Assembly: GCA_951406725.2 (NCBI GenBank) | Contig: OX597832.1 | Span: forward strand, 58,528,001-58,592,000 | Length of the DNA stretch: 64,000 nt | Direction: 5' to 3' | From: Octopus vulgaris | Taxonomy: Eukaryota | In this document: positions 11,659 through 26,644 of the stretch, in pieces | Numbering within the stretch: the stretch's first letter is position 1 | Layout: each line of letters starts with the position of its first letter | Made by a program: the position numbers and the translations under genes | The notes under the pieces: generated by a model | Told to the model about the DNA's origin: nothing | The model's database searches: none | Seen by the model: only the letters and a program-made list of their open reading frames with translations

Positions 11659-11893
11659 TGTATGTATGTATGTGTGTATATATGTTTGTCTGTCTGTGTT
11701 TGTCCCCCAACATCGGTTGACAACCAATGCTGGTGTGTTTACGTCCCCGTAACTTAGCGGTTCGGCAAAAGTGACCGATAGAATAAGTATCAGCTTACAA
11801 AGAAGACATCCTGGGGTGGATTTTCTCGACTAAAGGCGGTGCTCCAGTATGGCCGTAGTCAAACGACTGAAACAAGTAAAAGAGTAAAAGCGT
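11407..11893 (+). mobile_element. SINE family A, near full length
   Basis: Matches 6993-7461. Confidence 0.9.
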
Positions 11894-11989
11894 ATCACAA
11901 AAGTCTTGTCGCTTGGCTTGAACTCTCTCAAGAACTTAAATTAAACTTAAAGAAAAATCATAAATGCACATATATGTACATTTTGTTTT

Positions 11990-12336
11990 AGGGAGAAAGC
12001 AGCACACGCCATAACAGTGACGTTGGGCTACATATTTACGAAGCCCTGTATAACTTTCATGAACACCCATCAGATATGGCTACAACAAGCTCACGCATCA
12101 CAACCATATGTGCGCGCCATGATGACCTCGTATCAAGATTAACAGACATGACCTTTCAGGTGGGGCCCAGTAAAAATTTCCTTCAGGTCGAGTAGCCCAT
12201 CACGTTCAAAAGGTCCCTGAATAAAGTTTCTTTAAGGATGATGCAACAAAAATATGTTTCCAGAGATGAATAATTCAAACCTCCGAAATTTCCCCTCAAC
12301 ATATGTCTATGATGCTTCCCCGCTACTCCCGTTCGT

Positions 12337-12396
<60 letters not shown>

Positions 12397-12602
12397 CATC
12401 TAATGTAGGATAAAATGTTTCGAAAAAAATTCTATCAATGGCCAGCATATTAAAAAGATACCTTTAAAGGTTAAATTTATAAACAATTTATAAGCAAGGG
12501 AAAATAAAAAAATTTTAATGCCAAAATATCGGCATATTTTGGCATTAGAAATTTTTTCTTTTGCCCTTACTTATAAATTGTATATATACATATATATGTA
12601 TG

Positions 12603-12660
<58 letters not shown>

Positions 12661-12790
12661 CATATACCGTCAGCCACTAAGAGACATGCTCATCTGGTTG
12701 TGGTGAAGCGACTGACAAGCAAGTCTGGTATTTGGCAGAATATTTACTGTAGTCTATCTTTTAAACCGACATAAAAACATGTACGTCTTA
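11990..12790 (-). mobile_element. Non-coding repeat X, split by (TA)n and an inverted-repeat insert
   Basis: ~11990-12340 and ~12665-12790 are reverse complements of parts of 19930-20431. Confidence 0.75.
12395..12582. mobile_element. Probable PLE terminal remnant with inverted arm, inserted in (TA)n
   Basis: Palindrome ~12483-12580 (ACAATTTATAAG..GCCAAAATAT/ATATTTTGGC..CTTATAAATTGT) plus an ~90-nt extension; (TA)n on both sides. Confidence 0.55.
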
Positions 12791-13263
12791 ACACACACAT
12801 ACACGCGTCAGACATACATACATATACACACATACACACATGGTTATTCACCGAGGAACGAAGAATATTATTTAAATCGTAATTGGTAAAGGGCTTATAT
12901 TCACTACTCGGAGTTTCAGAATTCTTTTATTTTCACTTCGTAACTGTAATATTACATGATAGCGTGTATGTATGTGTGTGTGTGTGTACGTGTCTATACA
13001 TATACATAAGTAAGTGTATACGCATGGATATATGAATATGTATGTGTCTATATGTACGAATGTGTGCGCGCGCGCGTGTGTGAGCAAGAAAGAGAAACCA
13101 AGAAGGGCAGGTGTGTACATCTCTCTACTTCAGCAGAACAGGTTCAGGGAAAGGTGTCTAAAAGAAACGAGCATTATCGCTAATGGCGGTGCCCTAGCAT
13201 GTCTATAGCCTCTGCCAGAAGTCAGCAGAAGAATACAAGAACTCAAACGCGTACACACAAACA

Positions 13264-13313
<50 letters not shown>

Positions 13314-13432
13314 TTCACACACAAACACACAGAAGCACACGTTAGTATGTATTTATCTGTGTATGTATATTTGTATCCATATATATATGTACATATATAC
13401 ATATATATATGTACACATACACACACATACAT

Positions 13433-13473
<41 letters not shown>

Positions 13474-13508
13474 ATTATATATACATATATACATATATTC
13501 GTACATAC

Positions 13509-13539
<31 letters not shown>

Positions 13540-13550
13540 CACACATACAT

Positions 13551-13689
<139 letters not shown>

Positions 13690-14333
13690 ATACGTGCATA
13701 TATGTCCTTGTGTAAGTATGCGTTCAGGTGGTGAACAAGTATGCGTATGTATACGGGTGTATGCATGCACGTCTTTGCATATCTCTATATGTATGCATGT
13801 ATATATGTATGTATGTATGCATGTATTTATGTATGTATGTATGTATGTATGTATTTATGCATGTATGCTGGAGTGTAAAGGCCTGTTAAACAAGAATTTT
13901 GTCTGCGTTCAAAGAACACAATTGATGAATCATATGAGAATGAACAAGCGCACTTACGCTTCATTCAGAAAGCCACTCGATATTTTACGTTCTTTCGACC
14001 TAAATGTAGTGTGTAATTTGTGGAGAAGAGAATATCAAGATGTGATTTGTCGCTGCCCAAATCACAGGACATTACATTCACGCACCAAGGAATACGATTC
14101 TTTCCTATGAATACTCTATTTTATCCTTTTCTATACGGTCAATGTCTAATTTTTGCTCGAAAGAAATCCGGCATATTTTTTCGAAACGCAGCCTTGAAAT
14201 TAGCTTTGAGCGGAAATTAACGAAAACCTGAGTGCTGCATCTGCCACGCATGAATAAACGCAGTGTTTTCTGCGTATGTATATATATATGCATGCATGTG
14301 CACACACATGTGGCTGTGTGCCTCTATACATAC

Positions 14334-14472
14334 ATTGTGTACATCTATTTATATGCAAGCGTATACGCTTATGTATGTATGTATGCATGTATGTATGTAT
14401 ATAACTTTTGTTATAAATGTGTAGTGTATATATATATGTGCATAAACAATATATATATATATATGAATGGAC

Positions 14473-14533
<61 letters not shown>

Positions 14534-14553
14534 TATATACACACAAAGTCACA

Positions 14554-14595
<42 letters not shown>

Positions 14596-14621
14596 CATAT
14601 ATATATATATGAATGTGACTT

Positions 14622-14682
<61 letters not shown>

Positions 14683-14792
14683 TTTATGTACATATATATA
14701 TATACACTACACATTTATAACAAAAGTTATATACATACATACTTTCATACATACATACATAAGCGTATACGCATGCATATAAATAGATGTAC

Positions 14793-14797
<5 letters not shown>
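14334..14797. repeat. ~460-bp fold-back palindrome centred on (TA)n
   Basis: Outer arms ~14334-14455 / ~14678-14797 and inner arms ACACAAAGTCACATTCA / TGAATGTGACTTTGTGT are mutually inverted. Confidence 0.85.
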
Positions 14798-14835
<38 letters not shown>

Positions 14836-15053
14836 GATAGATGTATGTGTTTTCACTTGTGTTGCATGTCTTTCATTCTTGCGTCTATTTCACTGGCATT
14901 TCTCTGTCTTCCTTTACACATCTGCGCATGTCTTCATCAGACAGTGTGTCACTGTGTTCCTATTCAGCGGGCGTATGTCTTCCTTCACTTTATTTTCACA
15001 TCATATGTACATACATGCACACACAGACACACGGCATATATATAGCATATATA

Positions 15054-15090
<37 letters not shown>

Positions 15091-15140
15091 ATGTGTGTGT
15101 GTATACATGCACACACAGACACACGGCATATATATGTAGC

Positions 15141-15188
<48 letters not shown>

Positions 15189-15210
15189 ATACACACACAT
15201 ACACGCACAC

Positions 15211-15279
<69 letters not shown>

Positions 15280-15436
15280 TACGGAGAAGTGTAGTCAAGA
15301 GTTGTGTAGACGCATAGCTGAAAACTACTAGGGTTACAAAGAATAAATACTGGAGTTTGATTTCTTCGATTAAAGTCTGTGCTCCATCATGGCCGCAGCC
15401 AAATGACTGAAACAAGTGAAAGAATATATGTGTGTG

Positions 15437-15504
<68 letters not shown>

Positions 15505-15526
15505 TGTCTTTGTGTATACACTCACA

Positions 15527-15783
15527 GCCGCGTGGTTTAGTGGTCAAGCTATTCGTTTCACGATCGTAGGATCGTGAGTTCAAATCCAAGCGGCGCATCT
15601 TGTCCTTGTCCAAGAAATTTTATGCCACATTGCTCCAGTCCACTCAACTGGCAAAAGTGAGTACTACCTGTATTCCAAAGGTTCAGCCTTTTCACATTCT
15701 GTATCATGCCGAATCTCACTGAGAACTAATTTAAGGGCACGCAGGTTTGTGGAGTACTCAGACATTTGCATGGTAATTTCACG
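15527..15783 (+). mobile_element. tRNA-derived SINE, family C (CORE-like centre; 3' part shared with 23772-24152; OR2-like)
   Basis: TGGTTTAGTGG / GAGTTCAAATCC boxes; TTGCTCCAGTCCACTCAACTGG; the tail resumes at ~16045-16090 after a family A insert. The OR2 name is from recall and unverified. Confidence 0.7.
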
Positions 15784-16268
15784 TATATATATGTGTGTGT
15801 GTGTGAGTCTTTGTGACTGCGTTTGACCGACCCCCATCCCCATCACAACTTCACAACCGGTATTGGTGTGTTTACACCTTTGTTACTTAGCAGTTCGGCG
15901 AAAGATACCGATGCAACATCGGAGCTTAAAAAGATTCCTCGGGTGGATTTGTTCGACTAGAACCTTTCAAGGCCGTGCTTCAGCATGGCCGCAGTCAAAT
16001 GACTGAAACAAATAAAAGAATAGAAGAAACGAATACATATATATTGATCGCATCAACTGGAAACCACGTCGTCGTTACCGACAGAATAACAGTGTATGTG
16101 TATAGATAGATGTGTTTCCATGTATTACAGCATCAAATACCGGTAACAACAAGGCAGTATAGCATATATCCTCAAACAAGTTTTTCTTGATTCTAATGCA
16201 GAAACATTTTCATTGCAGACAAGAAACTATTTGGATATGAAAATATTTGGACAAGAAACTATTTGGAA

Positions 16269-16677
16269 AGGCGACGAGCTGGCAGAAACGTTAGTACGCC
16301 GAGTGAAATGCTTAGCGGTATTTCGTCTGCCGTTACGTTCTGAGTTCAAATTTCGCCAAGGTCGACTTTACCTTTCATCATTTCGGGGTCGATAAATTAA
16401 GTACCAGTTACGCTCTGGGGTCGATATAATCGATTTAATCTGTTTTTGTCCTCTCCGTGTTTAGCCCCTTGTGGGTAGTAAAGAAATAGGTATTTCGTCT
16501 GCCGCTACGTTCTGAGTTCAAATTCCGCCGAGGTCGACTCTGCCTTTCATCCTTTCGGGGTCGATAAAATAAGTACCAGTTACGCACTGGGGTCGATATA
16601 ATCGACTTAATCCGTTTGTCTGTCCTTGTTTGTCCCCTCTATTGTTGTCCCCTTGTGGGCAATAAAGAAATAAGAAA
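16269..16677 (+). mobile_element. SINE family B with internal tandem duplication and Tx1-like tail
   Basis: Body repeated twice, each ending CCCCTTGTGGG..TAAAGAAATA. Confidence 0.85.
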
Positions 16678-16926
16678 CTATTTTGATATTCAGTATATAT
16701 ACTCTGGTAATGTGCGTGAGATTGATTTTATACATACACACACATACGCACTCACACATACATACATACGTACATACATTCGTATCTAGCTGCCTATATG
16801 TCTTTCTATCTCGTCTCTGTCTCACTCTCTCTTTCTCTTTATACATATGTGTGTTTGTGCGTGTGTGTATACACACACATCCGTATATATATATATATAT
16901 ATATATATACATACATATATAAGCAC

Positions 16927-16975
<49 letters not shown>

Positions 16976-18698
16976 CATACATAGATACACGCATACTTAT
17001 GTATATATGTATATGTGCATGTATATGTGTGTGCGTATGTATATATACACATACATCCGTACATATATATCTATACATATATAAGTTACATATGTATGTA
17101 CGTCTGTAAATATATACATATATATATATGTATGTTTGTGTGTATGTGTGTATTACGTATACCTATATACAGTGGCGTCACTTAGTTTCGCAATCAGAAT
17201 ATCCTGATAATTAAACATTAATTATTTTCGTTTATTCCATCACTTATGTTGCAAAGTTTATAGGAATAAAAAGCAAAATTTGTTTCTCTTTTAAGTGATT
17301 TTACTTTAACGATGAATATTGAATTATCACAGTGCAATTAGTGGCAATATTAATAAACACGCAAAGATGATGATATTTAATTTAAGATTATTTTAGAAAA
17401 AGAAAAATTATTTAAATTTCAATAGTTGACGTTGTACAGTGAAGTAAGGCAGTCTGTTAATAACTAATATGTGTAATTTATTCTCAGAACTATTATCACG
17501 GTTAAATGAAAAATTCTATTATTAGTGACGTGGCCGATGTCTGTCCACATATGTAATCTGCAATGGAATTATCGTGTCATAACGTCTAATGTTGGATGCT
17601 CGTTAAATGCTACTCATCATGCTGTGAAAATCTTGATTATAATTTACGAATGTTCTTAACCCTCTTTGCTCACTCTAGCTGCAAAAATCTACTGAAGATA
17701 TGGATTGATGAAAATCAGAATGAAAAATGTAATCACTCTGGACAAATCGAAAGGTCTTCGACAGAATTGCCACGTGCAGGTGGTGTCAATATTAACAAAC
17801 ACTGAATGAAATAATAACATTTCAGGTGGATTGTGCGTAAAAACAGCCGTAGGTTTCTCACTAAAATTGGTGTTATTATACCTATTTCGTTCAGGAAAAT
17901 AGCAATGGGACCATGTTTCTTTTATAAATCATAATCCAATTGCTTTAGCTTTGGCAGAAGAATACATGTCCAATTTTATGAAGTATAAGAATCCCATTCA
18001 CAGTTTTAGAGTCTGACTCTTAAGAATGCTGGTAGTAATTTCCGTGTTTTGTAATTGAATGTCCTGAAAAAGATCTGGTTCAATACATCAGATAAGATAA
18101 CAATAACAGGACAGTTTCTCTGAGATTTTGGAGAAAAATCCATTTGGCATGAATAGTTTGGACTGGTACGAGATCCCCCCCCCAAAAAAAAAGACTATGA
18201 GCCTAGACATATCGGAAAAACAATCGAAGGACTGTTCGACTTCAATAAGATACAAATGCTTCGAGACACTTAAATTAAATTCTTCAGAAGATGTACGTAA
18301 AACGAACGACATCAGCTTTCAAGAAAATCCGAAGATGTTGACTGAATAACAGAGCAACATTTAAATGAAATTACATAATTTTACAGTTAAATATCTTATA
18401 ATAAAATATTCAACAAAAATAATGTTAAAATTCACCTATTCTACGACATATAATTTGAGCAAACGCTATGAAAAGTAACATCACGCAATTTGTAAGCTAA
18501 TTTGTTTTCACGCCATTTTGTCATTAAACTCTACACCGTATTAACGGCCAATTCGTTTAAACTCAAGTTTTATTAACATACATATACATTTATGAATATG
18601 AATGCGAAAGCAGAGAAGAGGATGTTGAAATATACTTGGAGTTAAACATTCAAATAATTATTCAAACAGGTACTATCTTACCAACCATATTTATATAC

Positions 18699-18738
<40 letters not shown>

Positions 18739-19929
18739 ATGAATCGATTAACTTAATGTTAGCAGATCCACGGAACTATCTTAATTGCCTTTTCACTTTT
18801 ATAATATCTTCAGATCAAATGGATAGTCATTTTTGCGATTCTTTGAGCTTGATATACAATACATTAGTTATATGGACGAAAAATATAGTCAATCGCAACC
18901 TCCACGCTAATGTGTTTAGCAAGTTTCTTTTTTTAACGATTTAACATTATATGAGACTTCAGTAAAATTTTATGCCAATACAAAACATATTTACCGTAAA
19001 GAATATAATCTTCACTACCAATATCACTATCGAAGATTCAAGATATGTTTTTTTTTTATGGCTTTTCATTTCAATATCGTATATAATACTAATTGCTATC
19101 CTTAGATCATGGAAACCTTTAATATTCCACCGTATTATTTTTCGCCACTTAATATTTTTGACAGGAAATATATTAATATTAATTTCATCTTACGTGATTA
19201 CTAACGGCTTATTTCCACACCACTAAACCGTTTACATTAACGATAACAATTTAATGCAGAACGAAGTTCATCATTAATTCTAGTAACATAGATTTGATTT
19301 GAGGGGAAATTCTGTTTTTTTTTCTAAATATACATACTTGCATGCACACGCACATACACACATACGAACGCACATACACGCCCGCACGCACATACACGCA
19401 CGCATATACACGCACGCATATACACGCACGCACATACACGCAAGCACAGGCACGCACGCGCACACACGTACGCACGCACGCAGACACACACACGCACATG
19501 CACGCACGCATACACACACGCGCGCACTAAACACACGTACACATGCACGCACACACGCACATACACGTACGCGCGCACACACGCACGGGTACACATGTAC
19601 TTACGCACGCGCGCACACGAACGCACACATGCACACACACACATACACACGCACTAACACACTCACACACACACACGCACACACGCGCATACGCACTCAC
19701 TAGCACACGCACACACACACACATTGACACACACACAGGCACACGCACACACTCAAGCACTCACATACACACACTTCCACACACGCTCACACACACACGC
19801 GCCGTGTATATATTTTGGAAGAATGAAAGTCATTGTCGCTTTCCGCGGAATTCCACTTTGCCACTCCTCCCTTTGGGATCGATAAATTAAGTACCAGTTC
19901 AATACTGGGATCGAATAATAATAAGTAGC

Positions 19930-20431
19930 AAGCAGTGGCTCTCATGGCCTCTGATCTTAACCGATTGGAAGTGTCATCATGTACATTGTTTTGTCTTAAT
20001 ATAAAAAAAAGTTGGGATACAGCAAATATTCTGCTCAATACCACAGATTTGCTTGTCAGTTGTTTGAGCATGTCCCTTAGTGGCTGACGAAATGTGCATC
20101 TTTGATCACGAGCAGAAGTAGTGGGGGAGTATCATAGTCATGTGTTGAGAGGGATTCTTTGGGGTTTGAATAATTCACCTTTGGAACCATAAGTGGTTCG
20201 TTCAACATCCTTAAACAACCCATATTCAGGGATCTTTTGAGTGGGATCTGTTACTCGACCAGAAGAAAATCCTAACTGGGCCTCACCTGCAAGGTCATGT
20301 GCTGTTTATCTTGATATGAGATCACCATGTCGCGCAAATAATGTTGTGATGCATGTGCCTAGTTTACCCTTATCAGACGTGTAGTCATGATGGGTATATT
20401 GGGCCTCGTATATTTTACCCCAGTGTCACTC
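19930..20431 (+). mobile_element. Non-coding repeat X (~500 bp) with (TAA)n tail
   Basis: Three copies in the window (also 11990-12790 and 42395-42500); AATAATAATAA just 5' and a long (TAA)n 3'. Confidence 0.75.
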
Positions 20432-20442
20432 AATAATAATAA

Positions 20443-20524
<82 letters not shown>

Positions 20525-20525
20525 T

Positions 20526-20830
20526 CTATTGCTTTATTAACCCTAAGGGCTGCACACAAACGCAAAGGACGATAAACTACCATGGACTGTGTGTATTTAC
20601 ATATACTGCATGTAAGAAATAAAAAATAAACAACAATTAAGAATAAAAATCGAACGATAAGCTTCCCGAAAAGGAAGGGAGCTCGACCCAGAGTCAACCA
20701 AGAAACCAAACAAGTTCTGGGCACACCTCTCCTCTGCATTCTATCTGGTCCACAGGCGCATGCAAATAGTAGTCCCACTCACACGGGCCAACCTCAACAC
20801 ATTCACCCACCTTCTGTTTCCGCCTTGGCT
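20526..20830 (-). mobile_element. Tx1/L1-clade LINE extreme 3' end
   Basis: ..RRWVNVLRLARVSGTTICMRL.. parallels ..SWVNVRRMASVKAPILSVYL* at 58346; tail GCAGCCCTTAGGGTTAATAAAG. Confidence 0.6.
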
Positions 20831-20938
20831 TTCCTTTTCCACTGGAAATTTTAAAATCCGATGTGGCCATGGTCCAAGACGGGGGTCTCTATCTCCAGCT
20901 CCTTCATTGGAATTTCAGCATCAAAAACAGGATATTTC

Positions 20939-20939
<1 letters not shown>

Positions 20940-20970
<31 letters not shown>

Positions 20971-21345
20971 TGTATGTATGTATTTATGTATGTATGTACG
21001 TATGTATGTATGTATGTATGTGTGTGTATGTATGTATGTATGCATGCATGTATGTATGTATGTATGTATGTATGTATGTATGTAGGTATGTATGTATGCA
21101 TGTATGTATGTATGCATGTATGTATGTATGTACGTATGTATGTATGTATGTATGTGTGTGTATGTATGTATGTATGCATGCATGTATGTATGTATGTATG
21201 CATGTATGTATGTATGCATGTATGTATGTATGTACGTATGTATGTATGTATGTATGTATGTATGTTTGTTTGTATGTATGCATGTATGTATGTATGTATG
21301 TATGTATGTATGTATGTATGTATGTTTATATGTAAGTATGTATGT
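20940..21345. repeat. (TATG)n microsatellite
   Basis: Direct inspection. Confidence 0.95.
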
Positions 21346-21639
21346 ATAAATGCTTTGCGGCTGTCGTCGTTACGTGAATATACGAGAAAATAGCATTCAG
21401 AAAATCATCAAATGGTCAGATAGAATATCCTGAGAGCATAGAATTACAAAGTGATAAAACCATTCGAAAGACGGCTGTCTGGATAATACTCAGATTAAAG
21501 AATTACAAGATGCAAATAATACATAACTACATAGCTACATAGATACATACAAACATACATACATACATACATACACATACATACATACATACATAATACA
21601 TACATACATACATACATCCACACATATATACACACACAT

Positions 21640-22226
21640 ACATACATGCAAACATATGCATATATATGTATATGTATATCTATCTGTCTATCTATCTATC
21701 TAACTATATATATATATATATAGATATATACACACATATAAATATATATATATATTTGTATATATCTATATAGATATATATATACATACATATTTACACA
21801 TATATACACACATACATGCAAACACACATATATATGTATATCTATCTATATATCTATATCTATCTATCGTCTATCTATCTCTCTACATATATATATATAT
21901 ATATATAGATATATACACACACAAATATATTTATAATTGTATATATCTATATAGATATATACATACATACATATATACACATATATACACACATACATGC
22001 AAACACACATATATATGTATATGTATATCTATCTATATATCTATATCTATCTATCGTCTATCTATCTCTCTACATATATATATATATATAGATATATACA
22101 CACATACAAATATATATATATATTTGTATATATCTATATAGATATATACATACATACATATATACACATATATACATACATGCAAACACACATATATATG
22201 TATATGTATATCTATCTATATATCTA

Positions 22227-22272
<46 letters not shown>

Positions 22273-22560
22273 CATATATATAGATATATACACACATAAA
22301 ATATATATATATATTTGTATATATCTATATAGATATATACATACATATATACACATATATACATACATACATGCAAACACACACATATATGTGTATATGT
22401 ATATCTATCTATATATCTATATCTATCTATCTATCGTCTATCTATCTATCTATTTATCTCCTTACATATATATATATAGATATATACACACATACATATA
22501 TACACATATATACATACATACATGCAAACACACATATATATGTATCTCTATCTATATATC
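21640..22560. repeat. Higher-order tandem repeat (~150-190 bp units) of microsatellite-derived sequence
   Basis: Anchor CATACATGCAAACA recurs about six times. Confidence 0.8.
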
Positions 22561-22568
22561 TATATCTG

Positions 22569-22660
<92 letters not shown>

Positions 22661-23771
22661 TATATAGACATACAAATATATATATATATTTCTATATATC
22701 TATATCTATCTATCGATATACACACACACACACACACAAATGAGCATAAATACATATATGCACATATATGCATAAATACTTCAAGAAACTCAATATAAAC
22801 GCATTGAAGTTTCTGAGATGCGATTAATCTAGAAACGAACAAAGCAATGTTTTATATTGAAGCTAAACTTTGGTAGAATACAAAGAACATATATGTAAAA
22901 TGTAGTCTGTTTGTCCACTCGTTTCTCCCTTGTATTTGCATCCATAATTCGTATAAATAATGGGTTTATTGTTAACACACTTCATGGCCAGACGACTAAA
23001 ATGCTAACAAGAAATAAATATGGCGGAGAAAAAGATAAATAACGTGGTTATTAGTCAAGTCTTAATATTATATATTATTTTCATTTTGGAGGCAAATATG
23101 AGAGACAACACCGGTCATTTCTATGTACGAACTTTTCAATTGAAATAAATGCCTTAAAGAATGATAGAAGAGAATTCTTCAACGACAAACATTTTTGTAA
23201 GAAGAATATTATTCTTAGAAGACTAAAGACGATATTTATATATTTATTAATGCAAATAATGCTCAAAAATTCCAATCATTTGTGCAGATTACAAATATAT
23301 GACTGTGTGGTTAGATGTTTGCTTCCCGGCCACATGGTTCCGGGTTCAGTCCCACTCGTGGAACCTTGGGTAGGTGTCTTTTACTATACCCTCGGGTTGA
23401 CTAAACCAGTTTTGCATATATTATAGTAAGCTGTATAGATTTCTTGCGCCAAATGTTATTCATGTGATATTTTCTACTCTAGGCACAAGGCCCGAAATAC
23501 TGGGGGAGGGGGCCAGTCGATTAGATCGACCCTAGTATGTAACTGTTAATTAATCTATTGACCTCGAAAGGATGAAATGCAAAGTCGACCTCGGCGAAAC
23601 TTTATTCATGTGATATCGATCAGCACCAAGCTATTACATAAGGTATATATATTTGCCCTTAGTGCAAAGCAGTAAAATCAAACACGAAACCGTATTGTTG
23701 CCAAGCAAGTTTCTAAAATCCGCTTCCCCCAACGATGGGTGTGGTAACAACATTTATTCTTATGTAATGTC

Positions 23772-24152
23772 GAGGCGCAATGGCCCAGTTGTCAGGGCAG
23801 CGGACTCGCGGTCGTAGAATTGCGGTTTCGATTTCCATACCGGGCGTTGTGAGTGTTTATTGAGCGTAAACTCCTAAAGTTCCACGAGGCTCCGGCAGAG
23901 GGTAGTGGCGAATCCTGCTGTACTCTTTCACCACAAATTTCTCTCACTCTTTCTTCCTGTTTCTGTTGTACGTGTATTTCAAAGGGCCAGCCTTGTCACA
24001 CTCTGTGTCACGCTGAATCTCCCTGAGAACTACGTTAAGGGTACACGCGTCTGTGGAATGCTCAGCCTCTTGCACGTTAATTTCACGAGCAGGCTGTTCC
24101 GTTGATCGGATCAGCTGGAACCTTCGTCGTCGTAACCGACGGAGTGCCACAA
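23772..24152 (+). mobile_element. tRNA(Arg)-like-headed SINE (OR1-like)
   Basis: TGGCCCAGTTG A-box, GGACTCGCGGTC, GGTTTCGATTTCC B-box; tail ..GTCGTAACCGACGGAGTGCCA also seen at ~55905-55975 (-). The OR1 name is from recall. Confidence 0.7.
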
Positions 24153-24612
24153 CATATGTAGTTATTATTTTCTCGCTGCTGCTATCAGTTCTGCCGAAAA
24201 TGAAATATCTTACTTTTCAATTTAGTACTTTAACGCACACATCTACTTAATAACAGAAATATGGCAATTTTGTTTTAAATTACGATACACTTTGTATCTT
24301 CAAGTATCAATGCTTTGCATTATTACAAATTAACCAGTCCGATTCATTTTACCGCAGACTTCCCTTCATGTCTTGTTAGCAGGTTCATTCATGGGTATTT
24401 ATTAAAGGATACAATTAGAACGAACTAAGATTTCTAATTACCACTAATTAATATTTAGATTGATTACAAGTACGCACTCTTAGACATTGTTTTAATTAAT
24501 GCAAATATTTATTGAAAATAAACACTATAAAGCTATCATTAGTTGTTAGCTGTTCGTTTAACGCTGTGCTGCCGACATCTTCTGACTGATGTACCGCAAT
24601 GCATTATTATGG

Positions 24613-24728
<116 letters not shown>

Positions 24729-24895
24729 ATGCATGTATGTATGTATGTATGTATGTATGTATGTATGTGTGTATTTATGCTGCATATATTAGTGTGTGTG
24801 TGTATATATACGTATACACACACACATATATTTATAATCATACACGTACGTATATATATATACATATATATATACATACATATTTATACATATGG

Positions 24896-24948
<53 letters not shown>

Positions 24949-25167
24949 TGTATATACTCATACATGCATATACACATAACATACATACATACATGAATAC
25001 ATACATATATATATGGATGGATATATGTACATGTATGCATACATTTATGTATGTATGTGTGTATTTATGTATGTATGAGTGTGTATATATATATATATAC
25101 ATATAAATGCGTGTATACAAAAACATATACATACGTATACACACACATATATTTATAAATATACACG

Positions 25168-25244
<77 letters not shown>

Positions 25245-25321
25245 TCATACATGCATAAATATACACATAAGATACATACATAACATACATACATGCTTAC
25301 ATACATATATGCATGCATATA

Positions 25322-25558
25322 CAGCTTAGTGGTTAGAGCGTTGCACTCTTGATCATAAGATTGTGGTTTCGGTTCCTGGAGGACTGTGCGATGTGTCGTG
25401 TTCTCGGATAAAACACTTTATTTCGCATTCCCCTAGTCCACTCGGCTGGCAAAAATGAGCAATCTTGCGTCGGACTGGGGTTCCGTTCAGGGAAGGGATA
25501 TGCGCCATAGATTCGGTAAATCGGTTCTATGAACCTACGGTTGGTGAAGGACCTTTGA
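25322..25558 (+). mobile_element. tRNA-derived SINE, family D (CORE-like plus V-like domain)
   Basis: Homologous to 26645-26860; CTTGCGTCGGACTGGGGTTCCGTTCAGGG resembles the V-domain motif CCTGCGATGGACTGGC..CCCGTCCAGGG. Confidence 0.6.
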
Positions 25559-26031
25559 TAATTTTCTCGATATAAACGTTACACCAAGAGGACCGCTAGT
25601 TCAGCTTATCTTGATTCAATAAATGGCAGAACTTTTATGAAGTTCGTCTCTCAATTACGAAGTCCAGTGTCCGGTAACGCTGCATGGCATCTTGAACAAA
25701 TGGTATCTTGGACGGATAAGACCGTTTAGCGGATTATTTTGAGTTGTAAGTGACGCCGATGAGTGGCAAGGCGTAAGGCAAGCAATTTTTAGGGTAAGGG
25801 ACATGTCGATTTACATCGATCCAAGTACTCGACGCCTGATTTATCATATTGACCTTAGAGGGATGAAAAGTGAAGTGATCTCGGCGGCATTTGAACTGAG
25901 AAAATAAAGTACCGAAAGTATTGCTGCTAAGCATTTTGTCCGAAGTGCTAACGGTTCTGTCGCTTTGACATCTTTTATCTGCTCTATGTAGATGTAATTT
26001 ATGAGAAGGTTCAACCTAACGTGTTATACAT

Positions 26032-26430
26032 GGCGCAGGAATGACTGTGTGGTAAGTAGCTTGCTAACCAACCACATGGTTCCGGGTTCAGTCCCACTGC
26101 GTGGCATCTTGGGCAAGTGTCTTCTGCTATAGCCCCCGGCCGACCAATGCCTTGTGAGTGGATTTGGTAGACAGAAACTGAAAGAAGCCTGTCGTATATG
26201 TATATATATATATGTGTATGTGTGTGTGTTTGTGTGTCTGTGTTTGTCCCCCTAGCATTGCTTGACAACCGATGCTGGTGTGTTTACGTCCCCGTCACTT
26301 AGCGGTTCGGCAAAAGAAACCGATAGTACTGGGCTTACAAAGAATAAGTCCCGGGGTCGATTTGCTCGACTAAAGGCGGTGCTCCAGCATGGCCGCAGTC
26401 AAATGACTGAAACAAGTAAAAGGGTAAAAG
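26032..26430 (+). mobile_element. SINE family A, full length
   Basis: Near-identical to 56238-56598. Confidence 0.9.
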
Positions 26431-26644
26431 ACTATACGGATGTAAGTCCATTTTAAGTGGAGAGTAATTAATAGGCGTGTATTGATCAACCAAAATCCTA
26501 AACCAATTACGCACTGTGAATCTGATGTTGCAACTCTCATTACCGTTGTTGATCACGTGGTGTTTAATTCCCAAGAAAGTGCTAGACAGGCAGGAAGATT
26601 GTAAAAACATTCCCTACAAGGCCAATCATCTATTGTGGACGTAG

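Noticed and set aside
12895-12920. Half hammerheads (GAAACTCCGAGTA here; GAAACTGGTC at ~54440, both minus strand)
   Set aside because: The 5' core is missing; consistent with truncated pLTRs but not callable as ribozymes.
17170-18600. Possible hAT element starting at CAGTGGCGT
   Set aside because: No matching second TIR, TSD or transposase motif found.
18972-19226. Hydrophobic 84-aa ORF (and the 109-aa ORF at 45890-46219)
   Set aside because: Expected by chance in AT-rich DNA; no motif.
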